Positions 38,097 to 48,121 of a stretch of 53,214 nt of DNA are shown here, in pieces; position 1 is the first letter of the stretch; every line of letters starts with the position of its first letter. A model generated the notes under the pieces. The model searched no databases, was not told the DNA's origin, and worked only from the letters and a program-made list of their open reading frames with translations. The stretch comes from Dehalococcoidia bacterium UBA1152 (GTDB taxonomy: Bacteria > Chloroflexota > Dehalococcoidia > Lucifugimonadales > UBA2962): positions 41,535 through 94,748 of the forward strand of contig DBZU01000072.1 of the NCBI GenBank assembly GCA_002311285.1, written 5' to 3'. A program made the translations under genes and the position numbers.

Positions 38097-38111
38097 CGTT
38101 TTGGGTTTAAT

Positions 38112-38903
38112 TTGAAGATAATAGTATGTGCAAAACAGGTTTTTGATCCTGAGACACCAGTTTCAGGACTTGTCATAGACGAAGAATCGGTATCTATAAC
38201 ATCCAGATTAGGAATGCCTCCCGTTCTAAATGGCTTTGATGAAAACGCCATAGAGGCCGCTCTTAGGATTAAAGATACAACAAGTGCTGAAGTAACAATC
38301 ATTTCTATTGGTAATGATTTTGTTATGGATGTAATGAAAAAGCCTCTCTCAATGGGAGCAGATGAGCTAGTGCTGGTACAGGGATCAGAATTTGAAAACC
38401 TCGAACCGTACACTACCGCCTTTTTTCTCTCATGTGCCATCAAAAAAATCGGCTTACCCGACTTAATCTTATGTGGCAGACAAGCATCCGATTGGGACAA
38501 TGGACAAGTGCCATTAATTTTAGCCGAATTACTAGACTTGGCGTGTCTCACTTTAGCACAAGATATAACCGTTCAGTCAAGCATAATAAAAACGGAAAGG
38601 GTCATTCCTGATGGTTATCAAATATTAGAAGCGGAGCTCCCAGCATTAGTTACAGTGACTAATGAGCTCGGCGAGCCACGATATCCAACCTTAAGGGGAA
38701 TAATGAACGCTGGGAAAAAGTCTCCTATTGTATTGTCTTTTGATGATTTAGATATTCAATCATATGACTATAAGTCTAAAATCAAAACTAACAAAATTTC
38801 TATACCTGAAGCAAATGATGACTGTGAATTTATACAAGGTTCTGACGATCAGGAATCAGGTAGATTACTAGCGCTTAAATTGAGAGACACAGGATTAATT
38901 TAA
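38112..38903 (+). CDS. etfB: Electron transfer flavoprotein beta subunit
   Basis: 263 aa. Starts MKIIVCAKQVFDPE and contains DLILCGRQASD, typical of EtfB. TTG start. Confidence 0.9.
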   Translation: MKIIVCAKQVFDPETPVSGLVIDEESVSITSRLGMPPVLNGFDENAIEAALRIKDTTSAEVTIISIGNDFVMDVMKKPLSMGADELVLVQGSEFENLEPYTTAFFLSCAIKKIGLPDLILCGRQASDWDNGQVPLILAELLDLACLTLAQDITVQSSIIKTERVIPDGYQILEAELPALVTVTNELGEPRYPTLRGIMNAGKKSPIVLSFDDLDIQSYDYKSKIKTNKISIPEANDDCEFIQGSDDQESGRLLALKLRDTGLI

Positions 38904-39896
38904 ATGAGCCATACAGCCATAATTATTGAAGAGGGACAAGAAACCCTTGATAGTTCTATTGAATCTATTTTAAGTTTAGCCAACTCATTTGGAGATGATG
39001 TTTCGTTGGTTATGTTTAACTCTGATAACGTAGAGTTGCGTGAAAGCTTAACCTGTCTAAACGTAAATCAAATATACTGCATTAACCCTCCTGGTACATA
39101 CAATAAGCCTTTACCAGATGAAGTGGCTATTTCCTGCTTAGAATGGTTTTGTAACAAAAATAATGTAGACCGGGTGCTCATGAACAAAACTCCGTGGGCG
39201 TTAAATATTGGGCCAAGACTTGCGTTCAGGATTAAAGGATCATACGCTCAAGACTGTATAGACATTAAGCGACAGGAAGACAATGAATTAGTTTGCCTTA
39301 GGCCGATTTATGGAGGCAATGCTATAGCACACGTATCTCTGCCAGGAGATACTCCACAAGTTGCCACGGTTCGCACAACGCCCAAGGAGACTATTAAAAC
39401 TATTAATGGAAATCCAATATCAATAACCGACCTGAAACCTCAAATCGAAACTGACGATATTCGCGTTAAAATCCTCAAAACTGTTACCACAGTTGCAGAA
39501 GGTCCAGAGCTTAGTAAAGCTGAAATTGTAATAGCCGGCGGCAGAGGGTTAGGAGGACCGGAACCTTTTGAAAAACTGAAGGAATTGGCGAAGATACTGG
39601 ATGGAGCTGTAGGTGCATCGCGAGCTGCATGTGATGCCGGCTGGATAGATCATAACTTTCAAATAGGACTTACTGGCAAAACAGTTACTCCAAACATGTA
39701 CTTAACATTTGGGATATCTGGAGCCAGTCAACATATGGCCGGCTGCTCAGGCTCACGCAATATAGTGTCAATAAATTCAGACAAAAATGCCAATATTTTT
39801 AAAGAATCAAAGTATGGAGTTGTTGGTGACTGGAAATTAGTACTGCCGTCATTTATTTCAACTGTAAGAGAATTAATAGACGAAAAACAAAAATGA
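38904..39896 (+). CDS. etfA: Electron transfer flavoprotein alpha subunit
   Basis: 330 aa. The C-terminal FAD domain has VIAGGRGLG, GASRAACDAGW, QIGLTGKTVTPNMYLTFGISGASQHMAG. Confidence 0.92.
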   Translation: MSHTAIIIEEGQETLDSSIESILSLANSFGDDVSLVMFNSDNVELRESLTCLNVNQIYCINPPGTYNKPLPDEVAISCLEWFCNKNNVDRVLMNKTPWALNIGPRLAFRIKGSYAQDCIDIKRQEDNELVCLRPIYGGNAIAHVSLPGDTPQVATVRTTPKETIKTINGNPISITDLKPQIETDDIRVKILKTVTTVAEGPELSKAEIVIAGGRGLGGPEPFEKLKELAKILDGAVGASRAACDAGWIDHNFQIGLTGKTVTPNMYLTFGISGASQHMAGCSGSRNIVSINSDKNANIFKESKYGVVGDWKLVLPSFISTVRELIDEKQK

Positions 39897-39981
39897 TAGA
39901 CTCACCAATTAAAGATAATTAACCGTAACATATGAATTCAGAAAAAGTTGATGTATATTATGACTTTGGAGAATATATAAA

Positions 39982-40431
39982 TTGATAGATGGCGATTTTG
40001 AGTTAGATGTAAATGAGATTTTAGCCGAATTAAGTGAAGCAGAAGTAATTTCAATTTTTTTTCCAATCTTTCGAAAATCACTTGTAATTGATCTAAGATC
40101 ATTGGAATTCTCAGGACCGATGATCCAAATTATGCATATGGTATCGTCGCCTCAAGAAAGACTAAGGGCTATAAGAAGGGCGAGGCCAGGTTTTCCAAGA
40201 AGGCCTAATCTAGCAATTTTCCCCTGGCCACGAAATGTTAACAGTCTAGTGTCTGAAGGAATATGGGAACAATTAACAAAAATGCTGTCAGATGCCGGCC
40301 ATCAAAATTCTCAAGAGTCAACTGACAAAGCATTAGAAGACTTAAATCGACTCCAAAAAGCGGAGCTGGCTCGAGTAATTATAGGGGAAAATTATCATAC
40401 TATTTGGACAAGTCAGCCCACCCATGATTAG
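39982..40431 (+). CDS. Hypothetical protein
   Basis: 149-aa ORF with a TTG start. No recognised motifs. The start is uncertain (see the finding on the 17-codon upstream ORF). Confidence 0.45.
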   Translation: MIDGDFELDVNEILAELSEAEVISIFFPIFRKSLVIDLRSLEFSGPMIQIMHMVSSPQERLRAIRRARPGFPRRPNLAIFPWPRNVNSLVSEGIWEQLTKMLSDAGHQNSQESTDKALEDLNRLQKAELARVIIGENYHTIWTSQPTHD

Positions 40432-40480
40432 CCAAAACAAATTTTATCATTAACAGCCAGACTGCTTTCTACACTAAAAC

Positions 40481-41146
40481 ATGTCGTCAGAATCATTAGT
40501 TGGATTTATAGGTGGAACAGGCCCTGAAGGTTTAGGTCTGGCAATGCGTTTCGCACTGAGGGGTAAAAAGGTTGTTATCGGATCAAGAAGCCTGGCAAAG
40601 GCAGAAACCGCTGTGTCCAAGATCAGATCTAAATTACCTAATGGATACGTATCCGCGGGTTTAAATAGCGATGTGGCAGACAAATGTAACCCAGTATTTA
40701 TTTCAGTACCTTATGAAGCACAAAGCACAATTCTAGAAGAACTTAAGGTCCGCTTAGCGAACAAAAATGTGATTAGTGTCGTTGCGCCTGTAAAGTTTAC
40801 AAAAGGAGTTGCCGTGTCTCAGAGAGTTCCTGCAGGATCTGCTGCACTTGAAGCAGCTCAAATCCTTGACAAATCAACTGTGGCTGCAGGATTTCACAAC
40901 ATCAGCGCACGCGATCTATTGGACCCAGATGCAATGATTGATTCAGATGTCATCGTGTTTTCAGATAACAGTGAATGTAAGTCTATAACGATGGATCTGG
41001 CTAAACTTCTGAATGGAGTTAGAGCGATTGACGGAGGCGGACTGGTTAATGCAAAGTATGCTGAAGACCTAACAGCACTATTACTAAATATTAACAAAAC
41101 ATATAAGGCACATTCGGCAATCCGTATAACTGGAATAAAAATATAG
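40481..41146 (+). CDS. npdG: NADPH-dependent F420 reductase-like oxidoreductase (NpdG/Fno family)
   Basis: 221 aa. Rossmann N-terminus GFIGGTGPEGLGLAMRFALRGKKVVIGSR. Length and layout are typical of NpdG. Confidence 0.72.
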   Translation: MSSESLVGFIGGTGPEGLGLAMRFALRGKKVVIGSRSLAKAETAVSKIRSKLPNGYVSAGLNSDVADKCNPVFISVPYEAQSTILEELKVRLANKNVISVVAPVKFTKGVAVSQRVPAGSAALEAAQILDKSTVAAGFHNISARDLLDPDAMIDSDVIVFSDNSECKSITMDLAKLLNGVRAIDGGGLVNAKYAEDLTALLLNINKTYKAHSAIRITGIKI

Positions 41147-41155
41147 GGATTTAAT

Positions 41156-42280
41156 CTGCAGAAAACAGCATTTATATATTCTGAAGAATTATCAACTCAC
41201 GTTTTATCGGATATCCACCCGATGAAACCCATTCGACTAAAACAAACATATGAATTGCTAACGGCATATAAAGCATTTCGGCCAAACAATGTGTCAATTG
41301 AAAACCCCGTGCCAGCTTCAGCAGAAGATTTATTAACTTTTCACTCTCCTGAATATATAAATGCTGTTGAAGCTTTAAATGATGGAAATGCGACCAAGGA
41401 TGCTATTAGTTTTAATTTGGGTCCTGGCGACAATCCAATCTATAACAACATCTATGATGCATCACTCTTGTCCACAGGTGGATCACTAGTCGCAGCAAAA
41501 ATGCTTGAAACAGGAAAGGTAGATAGAGTCTTTAATATATCTGGTGGTTTACATCATGCAATGCCTAGTTATGCTTATGGATTTTGTGTTTTTAATGACC
41601 CCGTTATTGCTATAAAACATTTTTTAAAACACGGGTTGAAAGTCGCTTATGTCGATATAGATTGTCATCACGGTGACGGTGTTCAACATGCGTTCTATGA
41701 CACAGACGCTGTATTAACCATATCCATGCATGAATCAGGACAATATCTATTCCCTGGAACTGGCTGGATTGAAGAACTTGGTACTGGCAAAGGACGAGGC
41801 TACTCGGTTAATTTACCACTACATCCATATACTTCTGCTGAGATACTCTTATGGGCGTTTAATCAAACTGTTTTACAATTAATTGACAGGTTTAATCCAG
41901 ATATTTTAGTAACCCAACTCGGAATCGATAGCCACTTTAAGGACCCTATCACTCATCTACACCAAACTGCCCAAGGATTTGAAGCGATAATCAAAGAATT
42001 TGATAAATTACCATATCCTTGGTTAGCGGTTGGTGGTGGCGGGTATGATACGATGGCGGTCGCCAGATGTTGGTCTCTAGCATTTGCAGTTATGTCTAAA
42101 CAGACTTTATCAAATAACATCCCTGCAAAATATTCTAGTAAATATAGCATTCATAATCTTTATGACATTGACATTCCATCTATCGAGCCTAATTATCAAC
42201 TGAACACACAATCTTACGCCGAAAACAGTGTTCGTGAAATCAATAAATTGATCTTTCCTACATTTGGAATTCGGACATGA
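41156..42280 (+). CDS. Histone deacetylase-family amidohydrolase (AcuC / acetylpolyamine amidohydrolase-like)
   Basis: Has the GGLHHAMPSYAYGFCVFND and DIDCHHGDGVQHAFY catalytic motifs. The conserved family N-terminus (TAFIYSEELSTHVLSDIHP) lies upstream of the first ATG (41222). The start is therefore probably the CTG at 41156, which is uncertain. Confidence 0.85.
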   Translation: MQKTAFIYSEELSTHVLSDIHPMKPIRLKQTYELLTAYKAFRPNNVSIENPVPASAEDLLTFHSPEYINAVEALNDGNATKDAISFNLGPGDNPIYNNIYDASLLSTGGSLVAAKMLETGKVDRVFNISGGLHHAMPSYAYGFCVFNDPVIAIKHFLKHGLKVAYVDIDCHHGDGVQHAFYDTDAVLTISMHESGQYLFPGTGWIEELGTGKGRGYSVNLPLHPYTSAEILLWAFNQTVLQLIDRFNPDILVTQLGIDSHFKDPITHLHQTAQGFEAIIKEFDKLPYPWLAVGGGGYDTMAVARCWSLAFAVMSKQTLSNNIPAKYSSKYSIHNLYDIDIPSIEPNYQLNTQSYAENSVREINKLIFPTFGIRT

Positions 42281-43836
42281 CTATATATGACAAAATTATA
42301 GTAGGTGCAGGATCTGCCGGTTGTGTATTAGCAGCACGACTTTCAGCGAGCAACAAACAGTCTATCCTTCTGTTAGAAGCTGGTGTTGATTATCCAACAG
42401 AAGACCTCATTCCCGATGAAGTTAAATTCGGTTTTGGCACGGACGCAGGGGCTGTAGCAACAAGTCACGATTTGTGGAACTACGATGCAAGGCTTACTGA
42501 TCAATCATACGTGCACATCCCTCGAGGCAAAGTGGTAGGCGGCTCGAGTGCAATTAACGCATTAATGTTTCTAAGAGGGGTACCAGAAGATTTTGAGGTT
42601 TGGAAGAATTCATGTGGTAATGAGTGGTCTTATGAAAACCTGTTGCCATATTTCAAACAGTTAGAGCGAGATAACGATTTTAAAGACAAGTATCATGGAA
42701 ATAACGGCCCGATATCTGTAAGGAGGTTTGGAATAGATGAATGTGATCCAATCCAAAAAGCTTTTTATAAAACTTGTATAAGACATGGATTTGATCCATG
42801 CCCGGATCACAATAATCCCGACACTAGTGGGGTTGGGCCGATACCTTTAAACCTTTCTGGACGTACTAGGGCAAGCACTATGATTGGTTATTTAAATCCC
42901 GTTAGATCTCGAGATAATATAGACATAATGCCCGACACCCTAGTCAGAAAAATACTTTTTGAATCCAGGAAAGCGATAGGGCTCGAGGTAGAACACAACG
43001 ATACAGTATTTGAAGTTCAAGGCAAAGAAATTATTTTGTCTGCAGGCGCTATAGCGACACCACAAATTTTAATGCTTTCGGGAATCGGCCCCAAAAACCA
43101 TTTAAGAAATTATGGGATAAAAACTATCGTAGATTCGCCAAACGTTGGTCAAAACCTACAAGATCATCCTACTTTATTAACGGTCCATAAAACCAAACCA
43201 CCCTACACATTAAATTCCTCGAAGCCACTATTGCAAATGGCATTAAGTTATACTGCCTCGGAATCGGCAGATCGTAAAGATGTAATGATCACAATGGGGT
43301 CATATGCAGGTATTCAAGATTACGGAAAAAAAGATGGATTAGTACATACAGCAGACAAATTAATCGGGGTCTTTATTGGCATAATACTTCAGAAATCGAA
43401 TAACTTTGGACAAGTAGCTCTTAGGTCAAATAAGCCCGGGGACACTCCCGCATTAGACTACAAGATGCTTGATTCTAAATGGGATCTTAAACGCCTTCGT
43501 GAGGCCGTTCGACTCTGCGCGGAACTTGGTTCAAGCCGTGAATTTGAAGAGTTCATAGATTATCGCGTTGATCCAAGTGATGAAGAACTTAAAACAGATT
43601 CAATGATCGATGATTGGATCTTTAAAAAAGTTCAAACTGGACATCATGTTTCCGGAACCTGTAGGATGGGCAATTCAAGTCTGAATTCAGTAGTTGATAG
43701 TCAAGGCAGAGTACATGGAACTAACTCTCTTAGGGTTTGTGATGCATCAATAATGCCAAGACTTATTAGGGCTAACACTAACCTAACAACTATAGCATTA
43801 GCGGAACGTATATCAGATTTCATTAGATGCACTTGA
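42277..43836 (+). CDS. GMC-family FAD oxidoreductase (choline dehydrogenase-like)
   Basis: 519 aa. Has N-terminal YDKIIVGAGSAGCVLAARLS, GKVVGGSSAINALMF and a C-terminal GTCRMG...VCDASIMP. ATGA overlap with the upstream gene. Confidence 0.9.
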   Translation: MTIYDKIIVGAGSAGCVLAARLSASNKQSILLLEAGVDYPTEDLIPDEVKFGFGTDAGAVATSHDLWNYDARLTDQSYVHIPRGKVVGGSSAINALMFLRGVPEDFEVWKNSCGNEWSYENLLPYFKQLERDNDFKDKYHGNNGPISVRRFGIDECDPIQKAFYKTCIRHGFDPCPDHNNPDTSGVGPIPLNLSGRTRASTMIGYLNPVRSRDNIDIMPDTLVRKILFESRKAIGLEVEHNDTVFEVQGKEIILSAGAIATPQILMLSGIGPKNHLRNYGIKTIVDSPNVGQNLQDHPTLLTVHKTKPPYTLNSSKPLLQMALSYTASESADRKDVMITMGSYAGIQDYGKKDGLVHTADKLIGVFIGIILQKSNNFGQVALRSNKPGDTPALDYKMLDSKWDLKRLREAVRLCAELGSSREFEEFIDYRVDPSDEELKTDSMIDDWIFKKVQTGHHVSGTCRMGNSSLNSVVDSQGRVHGTNSLRVCDASIMPRLIRANTNLTTIALAERISDFIRCT

Positions 43837-43864
43837 TTAATAAAAATTTGATGGAAATTATGAC

Positions 43865-45532
43865 ATGACTAAAGTTTCGGGGTCACAATTAATCACCAGA
43901 TGCCTGTCCACTTTGGGCATTGATACAGTTTTTGCAGTTGCAGGTGACCACACTTTGCCATTAATGGATACTATGCACAACTCAGGTGTCAGATTTATTG
44001 ATACACGACACGAACAAGGTGCTGTAGACATGGCAAATGCTTGGGGCAGAATTAAACATAAACCGGGCATCTCCATGTTCACCACGCCGGGACACGCAAA
44101 TGCCATTCCAGGACTAGCTTTCGCGCATCAACTCGAATCACCAATAATAAATATAAGTGGTTGCGCTAGCCAAGATCGCCTAGGTCAATGGGCAGCACAA
44201 GAAATTGACCAGGTAGGAATGGCTAAACCAGTTACAAAAGATGCTTGGTTAATACAGGACGTTAGACGAATACCTGAATTTTTTTGGCGATCATATAAAT
44301 TAGCAATGACAGGCAGGCGTGGTCCGATTCATTTAACCATTCCTGTTGATGTACAAACAGCCAAAGTCGATATTTCATCTGTATGGCAATACGAACCACC
44401 AAATCATGCTACTGAGGACTTGGGACAATCAGCGCCTCAAAAGATACAAGATGCGATTGAAATCCTAAACTCAGCTTCCAGTCCTGTTGTCGTAGCCGGT
44501 AATGGGGCTTGGTCTCTGGAACAGGGTGATCTAGATGCATTTGCAGAAATAACGCGCATACCAATCTTAAATGAACAAGCTGCAAGAGGGGTTATCTCCG
44601 ACGAGCATCCGTATGGATTTGGCATATCAGATATAAGAGTTGTTGATGCAGCCAAACTGATATCAAAATCTGATGCAATTCTTCTTTTAGGAAAGAAGCT
44701 AGATTTTACTTTTGACTTCGGTGAACCGCCTTGCATAAGTAGTAATGCAAAAATCATTCAGGTTGATCCTGAACCGCTAATTATTGGACGAACACGTCGT
44801 GTTGACATTGGTATTTGTGGTAATGTCAAAGAAGTGGTTTCACAGTTAACTGAAGTAGCTAAACGTAACAAATGGAAACAAAGTGATTTAGTAGATGAAT
44901 TGGCAGCCACTCAGGACAAACAACAAAAGGATCTAGAAGGGATGACAGGAAATCAAAATGGTATTCATACAATGGATGTCCATCGAACTGCCAAAGACTT
45001 AGCTCCAAAAGACAATTGTCTTGTATTTGAAGGAGCAGATTTTGGTTTTTATGGAGCAGCATATTGGCCAGCGACAGCACAGGATAGGTGGTTTACAAAC
45101 GGAGTGATGGGTATGCTAGGATGGGCTATTCCTTTCGGCATCGGAGCTCAAGTAGCCCTACCCGAAGCAAAAGTAATAGTTTTTGCAGGAGACGGTTCTT
45201 TTGGCTTCAATGGAATGGAGCTGGATACTGCCGTACGCCAAAAAATTCCAGTAGTTATACTAATAGGCAATGATTCTGTATGGGGAATAGATTACCATCA
45301 ACAAAAGAAGTTTTTTGGACAATCTATAGCTACAGAATTGTTACCAAACACTAGATACGATTTGGTTGCAGAAGCACTCGGGGCACATGGCGAATTTGTC
45401 CAGACAATACCTGAACTAGGACCAGCACTTCAGCGCGCATATTCATCAAATAAGCCGTCAGTTGTAAACATACAGACAATGCCGTCGCCAAGCCCATTAA
45501 CAAAATGGATATTAGAAACAAAGCATTACTGA
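43865..45532 (+). CDS. Thiamine diphosphate-dependent enzyme (acetolactate synthase large subunit / oxalyl-CoA decarboxylase-like)
   Basis: 555 aa. Has an N-terminal Pyr domain (GIDTVFAVAGDHTLPLMD, RHEQGA) and a C-terminal ThDP motif (GDGSFGFNGMELDTAVR...NDS). Confidence 0.88.
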   Translation: MTKVSGSQLITRCLSTLGIDTVFAVAGDHTLPLMDTMHNSGVRFIDTRHEQGAVDMANAWGRIKHKPGISMFTTPGHANAIPGLAFAHQLESPIINISGCASQDRLGQWAAQEIDQVGMAKPVTKDAWLIQDVRRIPEFFWRSYKLAMTGRRGPIHLTIPVDVQTAKVDISSVWQYEPPNHATEDLGQSAPQKIQDAIEILNSASSPVVVAGNGAWSLEQGDLDAFAEITRIPILNEQAARGVISDEHPYGFGISDIRVVDAAKLISKSDAILLLGKKLDFTFDFGEPPCISSNAKIIQVDPEPLIIGRTRRVDIGICGNVKEVVSQLTEVAKRNKWKQSDLVDELAATQDKQQKDLEGMTGNQNGIHTMDVHRTAKDLAPKDNCLVFEGADFGFYGAAYWPATAQDRWFTNGVMGMLGWAIPFGIGAQVALPEAKVIVFAGDGSFGFNGMELDTAVRQKIPVVILIGNDSVWGIDYHQQKKFFGQSIATELLPNTRYDLVAEALGAHGEFVQTIPELGPALQRAYSSNKPSVVNIQTMPSPSPLTKWILETKHY

Positions 45533-45566
45533 AAATCTATCTAAGCCCCACGTTTAGTTAAATTGT

Positions 45567-47489
45567 CTAAACTTCCTTAAAATCACCCTCAATCGTATCA
45601 TCTTTAGATTTGTTTTCAGAGTCACTGTCATCGGTCGATTGTTCTTGATCATCTGTTACACCAGTATCACTGGGACCTGTAGCCTGGTTAGCATATACAG
45701 CTTGTCCAACTTCTTGAATTATAGACTGTAATTCTGTCAACGACACATTGAGTTCACCGGAATCATCAGCTTGTAATGCGCTTCTGACGGAACTAACAGC
45801 ATCTTCAACTTTTGTTTTTTGTTCATCAGTTACAATTTCAGGGTTGTCTTTAATCATTTTCTCAGCTGAATAAGCTGTATTTTCGGCTTCATTACGCAGT
45901 TCCACATCTTTGCGTCGACGCTCATCTTCTTCCGCATTCTCTTCAGCTTCTTTAACCATCTGTTCGATTTCGGATTCATCTAAGCCAGAACTAGCTGTAA
46001 TTGTGATTTTTTGCTCTTTCCCTGTGCCTTTATCTTTAGCAGAAACATTTAGTATTCCATTAGCGTCTAAATCAAAAGTGACTTCAACTTGTGGCGTGCC
46101 ACGCGGAGCAGAAAGAATACCATCCAGCATAAAGCGGCCAATTGTTTTATTTTCTGGAGCCATTGGGCGTTCGCCCTGTAGAACATGTACTTCTACGCTT
46201 GTTTGTCCATCAGCCGCCGTAGTGAAAATTTCACTTTTTGCAGTCGGTATTGTTGTGTTCCTAGGTATTAAAGCTGTGGTTACGCCGCCCATAGTTTCTA
46301 TCCCTAAAGTTAAAGGAGTAACATCAAGTAGCAATAAATCTTGAACTTCTCCCTGGAGAACACCAGCCTGTAAAGCTGCCCCCACTGCTACAACCTCATC
46401 TGGATTAACTCCCTGGTGAGGTTCTTTATTAAATAAACCTAAAACTGCTTTCTGCACAGCAGGCATCCGCGTCATGCCTCCAACTAGTATCACTTCATTA
46501 ATATCAGACGTTTTTACACTTGAATCTTTTAGGGCTTTTTTGCATGGGTCAATTGTTTTTTGAACTAAATCGTTTACAAGGTTTTCAAGAGTCGCCTTTG
46601 TTAGTGTCATAACCAAGTGTTTAGGCCCAGAAGAGTCAGCAGTTACAAACGGCAAATTTATTTCTGTTTGAGTCAAAGTTGAAAGTTCAATTTTTGCCCG
46701 CTCTGCCGCCTCTCTTAACCTTTGGAGTGCCATTCGATCTTCTCTTAAGTCAATTCCATCCGATTTTTTAAACTCATCTGCAATCCATGCTATGATCCGT
46801 TGATCAAAATCGTCCCCACCAAGGTGAGTATCTCCATTCGTAGCCTTTACTTCAACCACACCATCAGCCATTTGCAATATGGTAATATCAAATGTTCCTC
46901 CGCCTAAATCATAAACCGCTATAGTTCCATCTTTAGACTCATCAAATCCATAAGCCACTGCTGCAGCAGTGGGTTCATTTATAATGCGCAATACTTCTAA
47001 TCCAGCAATTCTTCCAGCATCCTTAGTTGCATTACGCTGACTATCATCAAAGTAAGCTGGTACTGTAATCACTGCTTGGGTTATTTTTTCACCTATCTTA
47101 GCTTCAGCATCCGTCTTCATTTTTTGAAGAGTCATTGCTGCTATTTCCGGCGGTGCATACGATTTTCCCGCCATATTGACTCTAACTCCTCCATTAGATC
47201 CAGATACAACTTCATATGGGACCAAAGCAATATCATTTTTTATAGCTTTGTCTTCATAATGCATCCCCATGAATCTTTTCACAGAAAAAACAGTATTCTC
47301 TGGATTGGTAACTGCCTGTCTGCGTGCCGTCAAACCTACATATCTTTCGCCGGATTTGGGGTTGATAGCAACAACAGATGGAGTTGTACGACCTCCTTCA
47401 GAATTTTCCAGAACTTTTGGTTCTCCGGTTTCTATAACCGCCATACACGAATTAGTAGTGCCTAAATCGATTCCTAATACTTTTGACAT
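45567..47489 (-). CDS. dnaK: Molecular chaperone DnaK (Hsp70)
   Basis: 640 aa. Has [17 protein letters not shown] and [11 protein letters not shown] motifs. Confidence 0.98.
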   Translation of the reverse strand: MSKVLGIDLGTTNSCMAVIETGEPKVLENSEGGRTTPSVVAINPKSGERYVGLTARRQAVTNPENTVFSVKRFMGMHYEDKAIKNDIALVPYEVVSGSNGGVRVNMAGKSYAPPEIAAMTLQKMKTDAEAKIGEKITQAVITVPAYFDDSQRNATKDAGRIAGLEVLRIINEPTAAAVAYGFDESKDGTIAVYDLGGGTFDITILQMADGVVEVKATNGDTHLGGDDFDQRIIAWIADEFKKSDGIDLREDRMALQRLREAAERAKIELSTLTQTEINLPFVTADSSGPKHLVMTLTKATLENLVNDLVQKTIDPCKKALKDSSVKTSDINEVILVGGMTRMPAVQKAVLGLFNKEPHQGVNPDEVVAVGAALQAGVLQGEVQDLLLLDVTPLTLGIETMGGVTTALIPRNTTIPTAKSEIFTTAADGQTSVEVHVLQGERPMAPENKTIGRFMLDGILSAPRGTPQVEVTFDLDANGILNVSAKDKGTGKEQKITITASSGLDESEIEQMVKEAEENAEEDERRRKDVELRNEAENTAYSAEKMIKDNPEIVTDEQKTKVEDAVSSVRSALQADDSGELNVSLTELQSIIQEVGQAVYANQATGPSDTGVTDDQEQSTDDSDSENKSKDDTIEGDFKEV

Positions 47490-47559
47490 GTTTCCCCCGT
47501 AAATACGTGTAATACTCTTTTGTTCTAAAAGTTGTAATTATTTATCAATAACCTAACAA

Positions 47560-48099
47560 TCAAGTGGATTTCGACACAGTGACTTGCGCAGCACGTAAAA
47601 CTCTACCGTTCAGCTTATACCCTTGTCTAACAACTGAGAGAACACGTCCTGGATCTTGATCTTCTACTGCTTCAAAAAGAATTGCTTCATGTTCTGCTGG
47701 TTCAAACGGTTTACCCAGAGCGTCTATTTGACTTAAACCTTCAGTAGTCAAAAAGTTATCAATATTCCGTTTAACTAAATCTAAACCATCTCTCCAACCA
47801 GGCGCGACAGCATCATCTGGAATAACATCCATAGCACGATTAAAATCATCCAATATATTTAGTATCTTCATGATCAACTGAGTTTGGCCATACTTTCTAA
47901 TATCATCTCTTTCTTGCAAAGATCTCTTTTTTAGGTTTTCCAGTTCTGCTGCTGTCCTTTGAGCCAAATCTTTGTACTTCTCTGTTTCTTTTAAGGCTAT
48001 CTCAAGTTCATCCATCTGCTCAGGAGGTGATTTCTCAGAAGGAGTGTCTCGTTGTTCTTTGTTTTGTGTTTGACTTAATTCGTCCTTATCTTCAACCAT
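47560..48099 (-). CDS. grpE: Nucleotide exchange factor GrpE
   Basis: 179 aa. Coiled-coil N-terminus and a C-terminal FEPAEHEAI...GYKLNGRVLRAAQVTV. Confidence 0.93.
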   Translation of the reverse strand: MVEDKDELSQTQNKEQRDTPSEKSPPEQMDELEIALKETEKYKDLAQRTAAELENLKKRSLQERDDIRKYGQTQLIMKILNILDDFNRAMDVIPDDAVAPGWRDGLDLVKRNIDNFLTTEGLSQIDALGKPFEPAEHEAILFEAVEDQDPGRVLSVVRQGYKLNGRVLRAAQVTVSKST

Positions 48100-48121
48100 T
48101 CTTTATGTTATCTCTCTAAAT

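Noticed and set aside
38090-38551. 153-aa minus-strand ORF overlapping etfB
   Set aside because: It is antisense to a clear EtfB. It is a shadow ORF.
45910-47502. Plus-strand ORFs 45910-46344, 47076-47465 and 47269-47502
   Set aside because: They are antisense inside dnaK. They are shadow ORFs.
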